NCBI RefSeq assembly: GCF_009914755.1
Contig: NC_060940.1
Source of the DNA: the human T2T-CHM13v2.0 reference genome, Homo sapiens
Reading direction: 5' to 3' (one strand)
DNA length: 64,000 nt
A model generated the notes under the pieces. The model was not told where the DNA came from and searched no databases. It worked only from the letters and a program-made list of their open reading frames with translations. Both the position numbers and the translations under genes were made by a program. Positions 1 to 30,239 of this stretch are shown here, piece by piece. Within the stretch, counting starts at the first letter, position 1; the number at the start of each line of letters is the position of its first letter.

Positions 1-27
1 AACAACTACCTGCAATTCACTATGTTA

Positions 28-373
<346 letters not shown>

Positions 374-458
374 CTAGACGCATTAAAGCTGCAATGGTTA
401 AAGGGGTTATTTCTGGCAAAAAGTACTAGGAAAGGGGAACTAGGTGGAGTTGGGGTAG

Positions 459-748
<290 letters not shown>

Positions 749-789
749 TCTAAAGTCTATGTGATATTTGAATGAGAAAGCAGGCTCAA

Positions 790-1910
<1,121 letters not shown>

Positions 1911-2244
1911 CAGACACAAAACAAAGTGTAAATCCTCAGTCAATGTAGAGTGAAAGAGAGGTGAGGGGCAGCTGCGGACAGCACCCTTCCAAATGTCACC
2001 GAATATCTGCAAACAAAGCCAAAATATACCTGGGTAAATCAACAAAGTGGAGGCAGAAATCTGTCTGGATTGTTTGGTAAGTTGTATTAAGACAGAAGAG
2101 GCCATGGAAACTCACTGAACTTGGTATTTACATGTATACAATCTCAGTCTTTTCATCCCTTGATCCTATTGAAAGAAAACAAATACCTGTCTGCTAGTTT
2201 TAGTGAAACTGTCCCTACACAGTTAAGCAACTGATTCTTAATAA

Positions 2245-2740
<496 letters not shown>

Positions 2741-3796
2741 TCCAGTTCATTTCTTAATCAAGAGACATACTGATTAACCCAACTGACTTTCCAGCATGTA
2801 CACTGTATATCTGTATTCATAGACACATTTCTCTTTTCTTCCTCTTAATAAAAATGTAGCTCTCAAAGATATCCTGAAAATAGTGCTCAGGCTTGCAACA
2901 TTACAGCTTTAATGAGCCAAGAACTCTATTTTTTCCCTATTACACAGAACAATAATTCTCAACAGCTTAAATTTTCAAAGCACTTCACAGGCATTTAATT
3001 AATCCTCTCCATTGCCAGAGAGAAGGAAACTGATATTCATAGCATCTCATCCTGACATCCTTTAATTTGGCAAGACTTCTGCTGGCTTTGAAAAACAGTG
3101 TCTGAACCACTGAGGTTATTTGGGCCACCGTTGCTTAATCGGGCCTTCTTACCTAATGAAACCTGGTCATCAAAGCAGTTTAAATTGCCATCTCATCAGC
3201 GCTTTACACGGGGCAGGGGGAGCTGCTTTGAGCCTGGAAGAGAAATGACAGTGATTCCCTCAGAGAAATGACAAAGCTCATCTGTGCGGAGCCTGTGAGA
3301 TGAAGCTTGTGATTAAGGCCTATTGCCAATTGCATCAGAGCCTGATTCACTCGGTGTAACTGGGGCACGATGTGTATCGCGAGGCCCTTCTCAGAACCCT
3401 GCTCTCCTGAGGCCCGGAGAGAATCAGCAGTTGAATTTCACTGTGTTCTTTGCTGAGCCTCTCCTGTGTGTGGGAAGCTCTAAGAAGCCCTACTTTTCTC
3501 TCTTTTCAGACCTGCTTCCTGCGGAAGGCATAACTAAGACAGACTAGTCATGCCACCTCAATCACCAAACAGGATTCTCCTCCAGCTGTGCCCCAGAGGC
3601 ACAGCCTTTCCCTTCACTGCCTCCCAACACCCCCATCCAGACCTACTCCATTTGTTTTTTATTTTGGTGGGGGGTGGGGGACAATACTTCATTCCGTTAA
3701 CTAGAACGAGTAACGCACCAGACCCATTCCATTTACTGCAATTTCAACTAGCCAATCTCTTCCCACTTCATTATGTCAGTTACACAGTGGCCGGAG

Positions 3797-3804
3797 TGAC
3801 GTCA
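3797..3804. promoter_or_regulatory. Perfect palindromic CRE motif TGACGTCA in non-repeat DNA
   Basis: motif seen directly; function not shown. Confidence 0.3.
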
Positions 3805-3944
3805 TACCCTGTGTTCAATTCCAAGAAACAACCTCGAGAGATGCTTCCTGAGTGCTTGCTATATGCCAGGCACTGAGGGATCCTGAGTGAAGGCCCCACA
3901 CCTCAAGAAGCTTGGTTTGAAGTAAGATAAATAGCAAAAAATAA

Positions 3945-4735
<791 letters not shown>

Positions 4736-5049
4736 CAGGATATGCTTTTAATGAGCACAACGGGAGGGTGTATTCTAGACAGAGGAACTAGGCAATGTGC
4801 AGGGTCTGTGTTTGGGGAAATGGAAGCCCGCTTTCACTGGGGCCTGGAGGAGACACTGCTGGACAGCTAGGTTGAACCAGACTGTAGGGTTTTATGCACA
4901 GTAAACATTTATGACTGCATTGCTCAACTTGGTTATTGTTGAGCCACTGTTAGACTATTCTATTGGCCCACAAATCATTTGTACTCTCCTTTACTTCATA
5001 TTATTCTTAGCTATTGTTCTGTTTAAATTAAAAGAACACTCTATAGAGC

Positions 5050-5897
<848 letters not shown>

Positions 5898-5942
5898 GAC
5901 ATAGAGTAAATATATTAGCATATACATTTGTATGTCATGTCA

Positions 5943-6407
<465 letters not shown>

Positions 6408-6744
6408 CTACAATATAGTCATGGCTTAATGTGAACAAGGATAAATATTTTGTATGCATTATCTAATTCCATCCTCAAGACACTTGATTGGAGAATTATC
6501 CCTGACAGAGGTTCACAGAGTTGGCACAACTTGCCCAGAGTCACACGAGACAGGAAGATCACTTGAGGCCCAGAGTTTGAAACCAACCTGGGCGCATCCA
6601 GGATTTTGTCTCAGGTCTTGGGATTTCAAGCCTCTTGCAGGTTAAATATTAAACTACCGTAATCTCACATACTGTGAGATCTGGAGTGCCAAAATGGAAA
6701 AGTTCATTCCTCTGTTCCCAGGAAGAGCCACTGAAAGTTTTTGA

Positions 6745-7148
<404 letters not shown>

Positions 7149-7508
7149 CCTAGGACACATTTGGATTAGTGAAGCTGTGGTGGTAGTAAAATCCAGAGGG
7201 CTTGTTGGTGGAATGGTTGTCTGAGGTGAGGAAGAGGGAAGGGTCAGAGCGCCCATGGTTCTGAATCTCAGAAATGGTAGGAAATGGTGGGTGGATTGGG
7301 GAGGGGGTTAAGTTTAGACACGGAATGCTGAGTGGTCTCTGGGATATCTAGATGGAGAAGTGCAGCAGACAAGATAAAATTTGGAAATGGAATTTGAGAA
7401 AATACTATGCTTTGGGGTATCATGTTCCTACAGGGGATGGTTAAAATCACAGGAGCCAATGAGATTCTCAAGGACAAGGCTGTGTAGTGAAAGGAAAGGG
7501 AAGGGCAG

Positions 7509-8030
<522 letters not shown>

Positions 8031-8505
8031 AAAAATAAAATCCACAGCCTTCCCAGAGTTCCACCCAGCAGCCCAGAGAGCAGAGGCCGACCCTGAGCCC
8101 TGCTCCTGAGCTACTTTTCTTCCCAGCCCTCCTCTGCCTTGCCATGTCTCATACATCAAAGGGACTTGCATGTGTCCATGTGGACACTGAAGCCCAGTGT
8201 CCCAGCTCAGGCCTCACCTGTTCCCGCACAGACACCCATTGATGTGTTTCCCCTCAGGCCTGGGGGTGCTCATCTGAGGCCTGTTCACCCTCTGGAGGAC
8301 AGAACGAGAGAGGAGGCACATGTGGGCCATGAGTGCAGGACCAGGGCCATTGAGCAGCTCACTGATGTTAGAAGAGGCCTCCATAGGGGCACCTCTCCTT
8401 GGGTCCTTAGACTCCTGACTCCTTAGGGGCCCCACCAGGGTGGGCCTAGAGCCAGTCTAGGGTGGAGTATTAGTTTCCCATTGCTGCCGAAACAAATGAC
8501 CACAA

Positions 8506-9283
<778 letters not shown>

Positions 9284-9624
9284 CAAATGACCACAGATTT
9301 AGTGGCTTTAAACAACACAAATGTATTGTCTTACAGCTGTATAGGTCAGAAGTCTGGTGTGGGTCTCATGGGACTAAGATCAAGGTGTTAGCAGACCATG
9401 CTCCTTTCTGGAGGTTCTCGGGGAGAATCTGTTTCTGTGCTCATTCAAGTTTTTGGCAGAATTCAGTTTTTTGCAGTTGTAGGACTGAGGCCCAGTTTGC
9501 CTGCTGGCTGTCCATGGAGGGCCTGTTCTGAGCTCCTAGAGGCCACTGCACTTGGTTGACAGAGCCTGCCTGTCTCCATTTTCAAAGCCAACCACGGAGG
9601 GTGATTCCCCCTCACACTTCTTGG

Positions 9625-10361
9625 TTTTTTTTTCAGACAGAGTCCCACTCTGTCGCCCAGGCTAGAGTACAGTGGCGCAATCTCTGCTCAGTGCAACCTC
9701 CGCCTCCCGGGTTCAAGCGATCAAGTGATTCTCTCGTCTCAGCCTCCTGAGTAGCTGGGACTACAGGCGCCCACCATCATGCCTGGCTAATTTTTGTATT
9801 TGTATTTTTATTTTTATTTTTATTTTTATTTTTTTTTACTTTTTATTGATCATTATTGGGTGTTTCTCGCAGAGGGGGATTTGGCAGGGTCATAGGACAA
9901 TAGTGGAGGGAAGGTCAGCAGATAAACAAGTGAACAAAGGTCTCTGGTTTTCCTAGGCAGAGGACCCTGGGGCCTTCCCCAGTGTTTGTGTCCCTGGGTA
10001 CTTGAGATTAGGGAGTGGTGATGACTCTTAACGAGCATGCTGCCTTCAAGCATCTGTTTAACAAAGCACATCTTGCACTGCCCTTGATCCATTTAACCGT
10101 GAGTGGACACAGCACATGTTTCAGAGAGCACCGGGTTGGAGGTAAGGTCATAGATCAACAGCATCCCAAGGCAGAAGAATTTTTCTTAGTACAGAACAAA
10201 ATGGAGTCTCCTATGTCTACTTCTTTAATTTTTGTATTTTTAGTAGAGACGGGGTTTTACCATGTTGGTCAAGCTGGTCTCGAACTCCTGACCTCAGGTG
10301 ACCTGCCCGCCTAGGCCTCCCAAAGTGTTGGGATTACAGGCGTGAGTTACTGCGCCTGGCC
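9625..10361 (-). mobile_element. Alu split at its A-rich linker by an SVA
   Basis: right arm 9625-9801, left arm 10226-10361. Confidence 0.9.
9802..10225 (-). mobile_element. 5'-truncated SVA (3' SINE-R portion only)
   Basis: TTTATTGATCATT..GGGTGTTTCTCGCAGAGGGGGATTTGGCAGGGTCATAGGACAATAGTGGAGGG SINE-R sequence; patterned T-rich tail; 14 bp TSD TAATTTTTGTATTT at 9788-9801 and 10226-10239. Confidence 0.95.
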
Positions 10362-10709
10362 TGCCTCACACTTCTAATCTTTCTCCTTTTTCATCTCTCT
10401 CATCTCTATAGCTCATCTACTTCTCTACCTACTTCTTTTTCCCTTTTAAGGACTCAAAAGATTAGATGGGCTCATCCAGAAAATTCAGGAGAACTTTCCC
10501 ATTTCAGGGTCAGCTCAGCAGCAACTTGATGTCATCTGCAACCTTAATACCCCTTTGGCAGGTAAGGTAACAGGTTCCAGGGATTTAGATGTGTATGTTT
10601 TTGGCGGGGGTTGGGGGGGCATTCTGCCTTCCACAGGTGGCAATCCTGAGGAACAGCCTCTCTGAGAAGATGATCGATAGCTGAACATTGCAAAGGAGCA
10701 AACCATGAG

Positions 10710-11358
10710 CCATGCCGCCCAGTATAGGTGCCACTAGCCCCCGTGACTATTTAAATAAATTAGACTTGGCCTGGCAAGGTGGCTCATGCCTGTAATCCCA
10801 GCACTTTGGGAGGCCGAGGCAGGCGGATCACCTGAGGTCGGGAGTTTGAGAACAGCCTGATCAACATGGAGAAACACCGTCTCTACTAAAAATACAAAAT
10901 TAGCCGGGCGTGGTGGCGCATGCCTGTAATCCCAGGCAGGAGAATCGCTTGAACCTGGGAGGCAGAGGTTGCGGTGAGCCGAGATCTCGCCATTGCACTC
11001 CAGCCTGGGCAACAAAAATAAATAAATAAATGAGACTTAAATACAGTGGGTTGCAGTGGCTTGTGCCCATAATCCCAGAACTTTGGGAGGTTGAGGCAGG
11101 AAGATCGCTTGAGCCCAGGAGTTCTAGACTAGCCTGGGCAACATAACAAGACCCTGTCTCAAAACAACAAGAACAACAACAAAAAAACTCAAAAGCAAAA
11201 ATGAATAAATAAATACAATTAAAAATTCATTCCATTCCTCAGTCACACTAGCCACATTTCAAAGGTTCAATCCCCACATTTAACTAGTGGTTACTGTACT
11301 GGACAATGCAGGTTAATAGAACATTTCCATCATCCCAGAAGGTTCTACTGAATGGAGT
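10710..11358 (+). mobile_element. hAT MER3-like element interrupted by Alus (10768-11030; ~11045-11200)
   Basis: CCTCAGTCACACTAGCCACATTTCAA...ATAGAACATTTCCATCATC..AGAAGGTTCTA. Confidence 0.75.
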
Positions 11359-11625
11359 TTGATTCAGAGGAGATGAGTTCCAGGCAGAGGAAGGGGCACA
11401 TGCAAAGTTTTGATCCCATTGACACCATCCTACTAGGGTGTGGAAGGACATAACACACACCAGGAGCACAAGCCTGGCAGATCTGTATTCCAAACCCATC
11501 ACAGAATCATAAGTTAACCATCGACTATAAGTATCAGAAAATGACCTCACAGACCCTGGGCCACCCCATGCCCTAGATGCAAACCCCAGTTCAAGATAGC
11601 TTGGATGCACCCCAAGCTCTCCTAA

Positions 11626-12315
<690 letters not shown>

Positions 12316-13049
12316 CTCATTTCTTTCAAGAGCCAATCTAAAGAGTACACTTTCAGAAAATCTCAGGTTGGTTTTTTTTTTTTTGCAAGAGAACTTATGC
12401 TAATTTCCCCTTTACTTTTATTTTCTTATTTTGTTTTTGTTTTAATCCACTCATCTACACACTGATCCCCTTTATTTTTAGATATGCACAAGGGATACAG
12501 TTGGGCCAGCATCCCCTCATTTTTATTCTTTGTTAAAGGTCTCCCTGTCTTGTCTCCATAACTAAATTGCACAGCAACTGTGACTTCTCCGTGTTTGGTT
12601 TCCCCACAGCAGATGGCAAAGGTTATTGAGAAGTTTTTACTGAAGAAAGGTATAAAGTAGGTATGGTGGAGAATAGAAGGAGATAGGACAATTCCAAAGT
12701 CATAAAGGTCATTCCAGACTGATTGGTGATGTGCAAAATGTCTCTGTTTTGTTTGTGATGTGGCTGGGATGAAAGAGGTTTTTTTTTTTTTGTGACCAGG
12801 GCTGGGCAGGGACAACTTCCTGTCTAGCACCTTCACACATACCTTCAGAGACCATTTCCTCCATCTTCCTTTTGTCCTGGGGAGCTCCCTTAGAATATGT
12901 GTCCACTTCTTGTCACTTTGAGTTGATGCTTTATAGACTCCTTGAAGGAAAGTTATAGGATGAAAATAGAAATAGAGCATCAGGGATCATTGTGTTGGGG
13001 ATATCTTTAAGACATTCTAGAGTTTTAAAAGGTTCCATTTTGTAGATAA

Positions 13050-13363
<314 letters not shown>

Positions 13364-13631
13364 GATGATCCTCTCTTTCTTGCTGGCTGAATATGCCAAC
13401 CAAGGTGATTTTCTAAACACAAAGAGAAAAAATGCTGGGTTCCCCTGCCCGGGTTACCTGTTTCTTTCTCTAGTTATTAATGGTGCAAGCTTCTGTTCAT
13501 CCTCACCTGATAGAATACAATGTAGTGGAAAAGCACAGGATATTTACATGAAAATAGATTTGGGGTGTTCAGTCCCCTGCAAGATGCTTGGTCCAAGAGA
13601 ATGAGTTATTCACGTAGTAAATAACTAAGCC

Positions 13632-14655
<1,024 letters not shown>

Positions 14656-15174
14656 AGAGAGAGAGAGAGAAAGACACAAGGCAGGACATTATGCACCTGG
14701 CATCCTTCAAAACCTTGTTACAGCAATAGCGGTGGGCAAGCATAGATGTCCTGACACTGAGGGCCTCAAAGTCAACATAAGGATGTGCATTTGGGAAGCC
14801 CAGGTAGTGAAAGGAAAAGGCAAATAAATCCTGTCCCCTCCTGCTCCCTGGCCAGGTCCACACAAAAGAGTCCATTAAACTAATTGGTGACAAAACTCCC
14901 AGCAGGGTTAGGTTTCTCCAACTTTCCCTAGAGGAGGATCTCAGATGGCCTCCTTCTGGCTCAGGGGAGCCAGGTCACAGTGACCCCTGGGGATGGGGGC
15001 CAGACCATGGCCTGGGAGCTGGAAAACAGCTCAGGCAAGTCATGCACCTTCTTTCTGAGTTTCCCCATCTGGGAACTGAAGGTCTTGGCCTAGAAACTCC
15101 TTTCAGCTCTAATTCTGTGTGTTTACACAAACTTTACAAAACAAAACAAAAAAACAAAAGCTCGCTCTAGGAAA

Positions 15175-15410
15175 ACTGTTAACATTTATTAGATATCTAC
15201 TACCATGTGCCAGCCACTTCACACTAACTCGTTGAATCCTCACAATCTAGGTATACTGGTATACAGGTATACTGTTTGCCCATTTTATAAATGAGGAAAT
15301 AAGGTTCAGGAAATGCAACCAAAGTCATTACAAATAGGCAGTCATGTAGTTGGCCTTCACACTGAGGTCTGTCTGGGTCCGAAGTTCATTTCTTTCCACC
15401 ACTCAGCCTC
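15175..15410 (-). mobile_element. MIR
   Basis: CCCATTTTATAAATGAGGAAAT AAGG MIR core; AATCCTCACAA. Confidence 0.7.
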
Positions 15411-15486
15411 CCTATCTCCTTTATTTCTTTACCACTTTCAATTACAAGTCACTGACTCTGTCAAACATGCTAGGAAGGACAGTTGA

Positions 15487-19428
<3,942 letters not shown>

Positions 19429-20137
19429 TAACTATCCAATATGCAGCAACAAATCAGAAGCAGGCCAAGGTTCATGGCATACACACTTGAGCAATCCTCA
19501 GAGAGAGGCTGCCAGAAGCCACATGCATTCTACCCCCTCAGCGTTCCTCTCATCCGCCCTTCCTCATCAGCGAGGTGGCTTCCTTGGGGTCTTTCAGAGC
19601 TCAAGCGTGGGTGACATCCAGGAAGTGGGCTCTGCCCTTGAGCTCCCAGTGCAGGCCAGGAGCCTCCCTTCTCTAGTCCTGCCCCTTCCTTGGCACTCAC
19701 ACAAGGATTTTGTGACCTCCCTCTGCACCTCCTGAACACTAATTACAGGTGTGTGTCTACACACATGACTACCTCAGAAGCTACAGGACAGCCTCTGTGC
19801 ACAGAATTCCTTAGGTAAGGGCGAGGGCACAATTGCACAAGCCTTGCCTCGGCCAAGTTTTCCACTAAAAACAAATTGTTACTTGGCAGCCAAAGCAATT
19901 AGGCCCAGTTCAGGAAATTATCTACCCCCGAATAGAGCACCAAAACAGTCTGGGACCACCAGCCTTCCCCACCGTCTTCACATGTGGTTCAATAGAACTG
20001 AGCAATGCATGTATTTGTTCACAACAATTTATGCAAGAGTTGGATTCAGGAATAAGCAGCTCAAAAATGTATTTATGGCTAACAAAATTAGATGGTTAGA
20101 GAAAGATGGGTGGTAGATGTGATGTTCTCAGAGTTAG

Positions 20138-21478
<1,341 letters not shown>

Positions 21479-21527
21479 ACTGAAGTGTCTTGCTTGGGCA
21501 CTAGGTAGATGCCATTTGTGATGATGG

Positions 21528-21872
21528 TGCAATGGACTGCATGTTTGCATCCACCCCCCAAAATTCCCAATATGATGGTAATAGGAGGTGGGGCCTTTGA
21601 GAGGTAATTAGGTCGTGAGGGTGGATCCCCCCACGAATGAGATTAGTGTCATAAAAGAGACTCCAGAGAGCTCCCTTCAGCCCTCTTCCCACCTTGTGAG
21701 GACACGATGAGAAGTCGGCAGTCTGCAACCTGGATGAAGGACTTCACCAGAATCCTACATGCTTGGACCCTGATCTCAGACTTCTAGCCCCCAGAACTGT
21801 GAGAAATATATTGCTGCTGTTTATAAGCCACCCAGTCTAAGGTACTTAGCCATAATAGCCCAAACTAAGACA
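21528..21872 (+). mobile_element. MaLR solo LTR (MLT1A-like)
   Basis: TGCAATGGACTG..GGAGGTGGGGCCTTTGAGAGGTAATTAGG..CCAGAACTGTGAGAAAT..AAACTAAGACA. Confidence 0.85.
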
Positions 21873-22194
21873 GATATAAAGACTGGGGAGAAGGGTGGAG
21901 GGTGTGCTCAGGATGAATTAGGAAAAATCCATCGTTAAGCCTGGAATGCTTACAGGAAACTTAAAATATGCCTGGGGCAAGCCTAGAGAACAATTTAGGA
22001 ACACTCATGCTTGCCCAGGACCAGACACTGTATTATCCACCTCAAAACTCTGTGTCCTGCGTTTTCCTTTTAGATAGAAAACAAAACCAAAACCCCCCAA
22101 AATCCTTTGTGGTTCCCTTTTGCCTAAGCATGGGTTTTAACCTGGATGTGCCCCTGAATCACATTTGAGCTCTCTGGATGCATATCACTTCTTA

Positions 22195-25184
<2,990 letters not shown>

Positions 25185-25386
25185 TAGAATTTTAAATGAG
25201 ACAGTGTAGGTGAAACTGCTTAGAATAGTGCCTGGCTCATGGTAAGCACAAAATAAGTCTTCGTTGTTTTTTCTTCAAGTTTTATTAAACTTGAACTGAC
25301 GTGAAAGTCTAGGGTTGGGGGCACGAGGTGAAACTAGAAGGCAAAGCTGAAGAGGGAAGCACAGGGCGGTTCTTGAAGGGCCTTCT

Positions 25387-26892
25387 TTTTTTTTTTCAAA
25401 GAACAAAAATGTGATTGGGGTTATTTATTAGAAGAGCTCGCCAATTCATTTCATTTTTTTTTTTTTTAGTATTTATTGATCATTCTTGGGTGTTTCTCGG
25501 AGAGGGAGATTTGGCAGGGTCATAGGACAATAGTGGAGGGAAGGTCAGCAGATAAACATGAGAACAAGGGCCTCTGGTTTTCCTAGGCAGAGGACCCTGC
25601 GGCCTTCCGCAGCGTTTGTGTCCCTGGGTACTTGAGATTAGGGAGTGGTGATGACTCTTAACGAGCATGCTACCTTCAAGCATCTGTTTAACAAAGCACA
25701 TCTTGCACCGCCCTTAATCCATTTAACCAGGAGTGGACACAGCACATGTTTCAGAGAGCACGGGGTTGGGGGTGAGGTTATAGATTTAACAGCATCCCAA
25801 GGCAGAAGAATTTTTCTTAGTACAGAACAAAATGGAGTCTCCTATGTCTACTTCTTTCTACACAGACACAGTAACAATCTGATCTCTCTTTCTTTTCCCC
25901 ACATTTCTCCCTTTTCTATTCGACAAAACCGCCATCGTCATCATGGCCCGTTCTCAATGAGCTGTTGGGTACACCTCCCAAAAGGGGTGGCGGCCGGGCA
26001 GAGGGGCCCCTCACTTCCCAGACGGGGCGGCTGCCGGGGGGAGGGGCTCCTCACTTCTCAGGGCGGCCGGGCAGAGACGCTCCTTACCTCCCAGACGGGG
26101 TGGCGGTCTGGCAGAGACACTCCTCAGTTCCCAGACGGGGTCGCAGCCGGGCAGAGGCACTCCTCACATCCCAGACAGGGCCGCGGGGCAGAGGCGCTCC
26201 CCACATCTCAGACGACGGGCGACCGGGCAGAGACGCTCCTCACTTCCCAGACGGGATGGCGGCCGGGAAGAGGCGATCCTCACTTCCCAGACTGGGCGGC
26301 CGGGCAGAGGGGCTCCTCACATCCCAGACGATGGGCGGCCAGGCAGAGACGCTCCTCACTTCCCAGACGGGGTGGCGGCCGGGCAGAGGCTGCAATCTCG
26401 GCGCTTTGGGAGGCCAAGGCAGGCGGCTGGGAGGTGGAGGTTGTAGCTAGCCGAGATCACGCCACTGCACTCCAGCCTGGGCAACATTGAGCACTGAGTG
26501 AGCGAGACTCCGCCTGCAATCCCGGCACCTCAGGAGGCCGAGGCGGGCAGATCACTCGCGGTCAGGAGCTGGAGACCAGCCCGGCCAACACGGCAAAACT
26601 CGGTCTCCACCAAAAAATACAAAAACCAGTCAGGCGTGGCGGCACGCGCCTGCAATCCCAGGCACTGGGCAGGCTGAGGCAGGAGAATCAGGCAGGGAGG
26701 CTGCAGTGAGCCGAGATGGCGGCAGTACAGTCCACCTTGGGCTCGGCATCAGAGGGAGACCGTGGAAAGTGGGAGACAGAGACGGGGAGGGAGAGGGAAA
26801 CGGGGAGGGAGAGGGAGACGGGGAGGGAGAGGGAGACGGGGAGGGAGAGGGAGACGGGGAGGGAGAGGGAGAGAGGGAGAGAGGGAGAGGGC
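25387..26892 (-). mobile_element. Full-length SVA (older subfamily, SVA_A/B-like) with 3' transduction
   Basis: minus strand order: CCCTCT-type repeats (26751-26891), Alu-like domain (~26390-26750), GC-rich VNTR (~25980-26390), SINE-R (~25468-25975), poly-A, extra 57 bp, second poly-A; TSD AGGGCCTTCT at 25377-25386 and 26893-26902. Confidence 0.96.
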
Positions 26893-27577
26893 AGGGCCTT
26901 CTAATTCATGGTAAGAGGTTGGGACTTTTCTCCTGCAGGGGAATAAATCAATTTCAGGGAACCAAAGAGAAACTAGGAGTGAGGAAAGGCCCATGAAAGT
27001 CCTTGTTGAAAGAGCAAGCTCTTGGTGGTAAGTGTTCACCAAGTGCCTATGGTAGACAGACAGGTACAGGCTGGGAGACCTGAGCTTGAATAACTGCTCT
27101 GCCAAGGCAGGTGGGGACAAGTGGCATCACTTCTCTGGGCCTGCACCCTCAACTGAGATGGATTTTTTTCGGGGACTGAATGAGAGGGGGAAAGCCAGAT
27201 GCCTCCTTTCTGCGGTACCCAGCAGAAAGCATGGGTTTGATGTTGGCTGGTGCCTGTGCCCTCAGTCCACACATACATCTTGAGTGTAACAGCTTCAGAA
27301 TTCTTATTCTACTGCCTTCTCAGCCCTCTTTTTTACTGATATCTGGTGATTATGCAGGATGAACCTCCCCACATTCACCTACCCTAGTTAGAACCATGTT
27401 CTGGAGGCTGGACTCCCAACTGCAACTCCGTGTAGCCTGAGCTCTGTCCGGTCGGTGAGTGGTCTGTACATCTCCAGCATCTTACCCCAAACATAGTGAT
27501 TCTAACTTGATTCAGTGAAATATGCCAATTAGCACTTGTCTGGGAGAAAAGAGGTTCAAATCAAACAAGTTATGCTG

Positions 27578-28120
27578 GAGTGTGAGACCAGTCTGGGCAA
27601 TGCTGCAAGACCCTGTCTCTACAAAAAAATAGAAAAACTTAGCAAGGTATGGTGTTGCACAGCTGTATTCCCAGCTGTTTGGGAGGCTTAGTTGAAAGGA
27701 TCACTTGTGCTGCAGGAGTTAGAGGCTACAGTGAGCTAAAAAAGAATCTAGTTTGAGTCAGTTCAAGTGAGATCCCTGTCTCAAAAATAAATAAATAAAA
27801 TAAAATAGGCCGGGTGCGGTGGCTCAAGCCTGTAATCCCAGCACTTTGGGAGGCCGAGGTGGGTGGCTCACCTTAGGTCAGGATTTTGAGACCAGCATGT
27901 TGATGCTGAAACCCTGCCTCTACTAAAAATACAAAAATTAGCCAGGAGTGGTGCTGGGTACCTATAATAATCTCAGCTACTTGGGATGCTGAGGCAGGAC
28001 AATTGCTTGAACCCGGGAGGCAAAGTTTGCAGTGAGCCGAGATCATGCCACTTCACTCCAGCCTGGGCAAAAGAGCGAAACTCTGTCTCATAAAAAAATA
28101 AATAAATAAAAATAAAATAA
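27578..28120 (+). mobile_element. Two Alus (27578-27805 partial; 27808-28120)
   Basis: Alu consensus. Confidence 0.88.
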
Positions 28121-28429
28121 AGCCAGAAACAATAAATCTATGATTTTTTGCTAGTCATAGTACTACCATTTTTACTTATGAGTTAAGTAATCCTGAAATA
28201 GTAATCGTGTTTTATTAGTTCATCTTCAGTGTCCGGGAAATAGTTAATTGAGTGGAGTAACACAGACATTTATTGAGGTCCTTCTCTGTGCCAGACCTTG
28301 GTCTATCCACTGAGGATACAAAGATAAGCAGGACTCAGAGAGTCAGTCTCAGTTACTGGAGTACAAGGTCTGTAGGGGAAGAGGACAAATTATTATATTT
28401 TATACTAAATACTAGAGTAGAGGTTATGA

Positions 28430-29142
<713 letters not shown>

Positions 29143-29248
29143 ACATAGATGACCATGAGAATCACCTCCCTTGGAGTTGTACAGCAGGAGGGCCCTGTCT
29201 GGAGGTGATCTTAGACAGGCTTCACTCAGAAGTTTCTGTCTGAGCTAG

Positions 29249-30182
<934 letters not shown>

Positions 30183-30239
30183 CTAAATAAGCAGGCACAG
30201 GGGAGTTAGAGAGAATTCAAAAGTAAACTGGAAAAAAAG

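Noticed and set aside
12426-12980. 184 aa ORF in non-Alu DNA
   Set aside because: Runs through a poly-T tract, has low-complexity composition and no recognisable domain or splice context.
25443-25449. AATTCAT (also 26903-26909) as alternative SVA TSD
   Set aside because: It is shorter, not flush with either SVA end, and leaves AGGGCCTTCT and the second poly-A unexplained; the 10 bp TSD fits a TT/AGAA endonuclease site.
25980-26390. Regularly spaced ~40 bp repeats resembling a CRISPR array
   Set aside because: This is the SVA VNTR: tandem units without unique spacers, in primate DNA.
25645-26490. 281 aa ORF, the longest in the window
   Set aside because: Antisense read-through of SVA SINE-R/VNTR; GC-rich repeats lack stops; it starts at a non-ATG codon.
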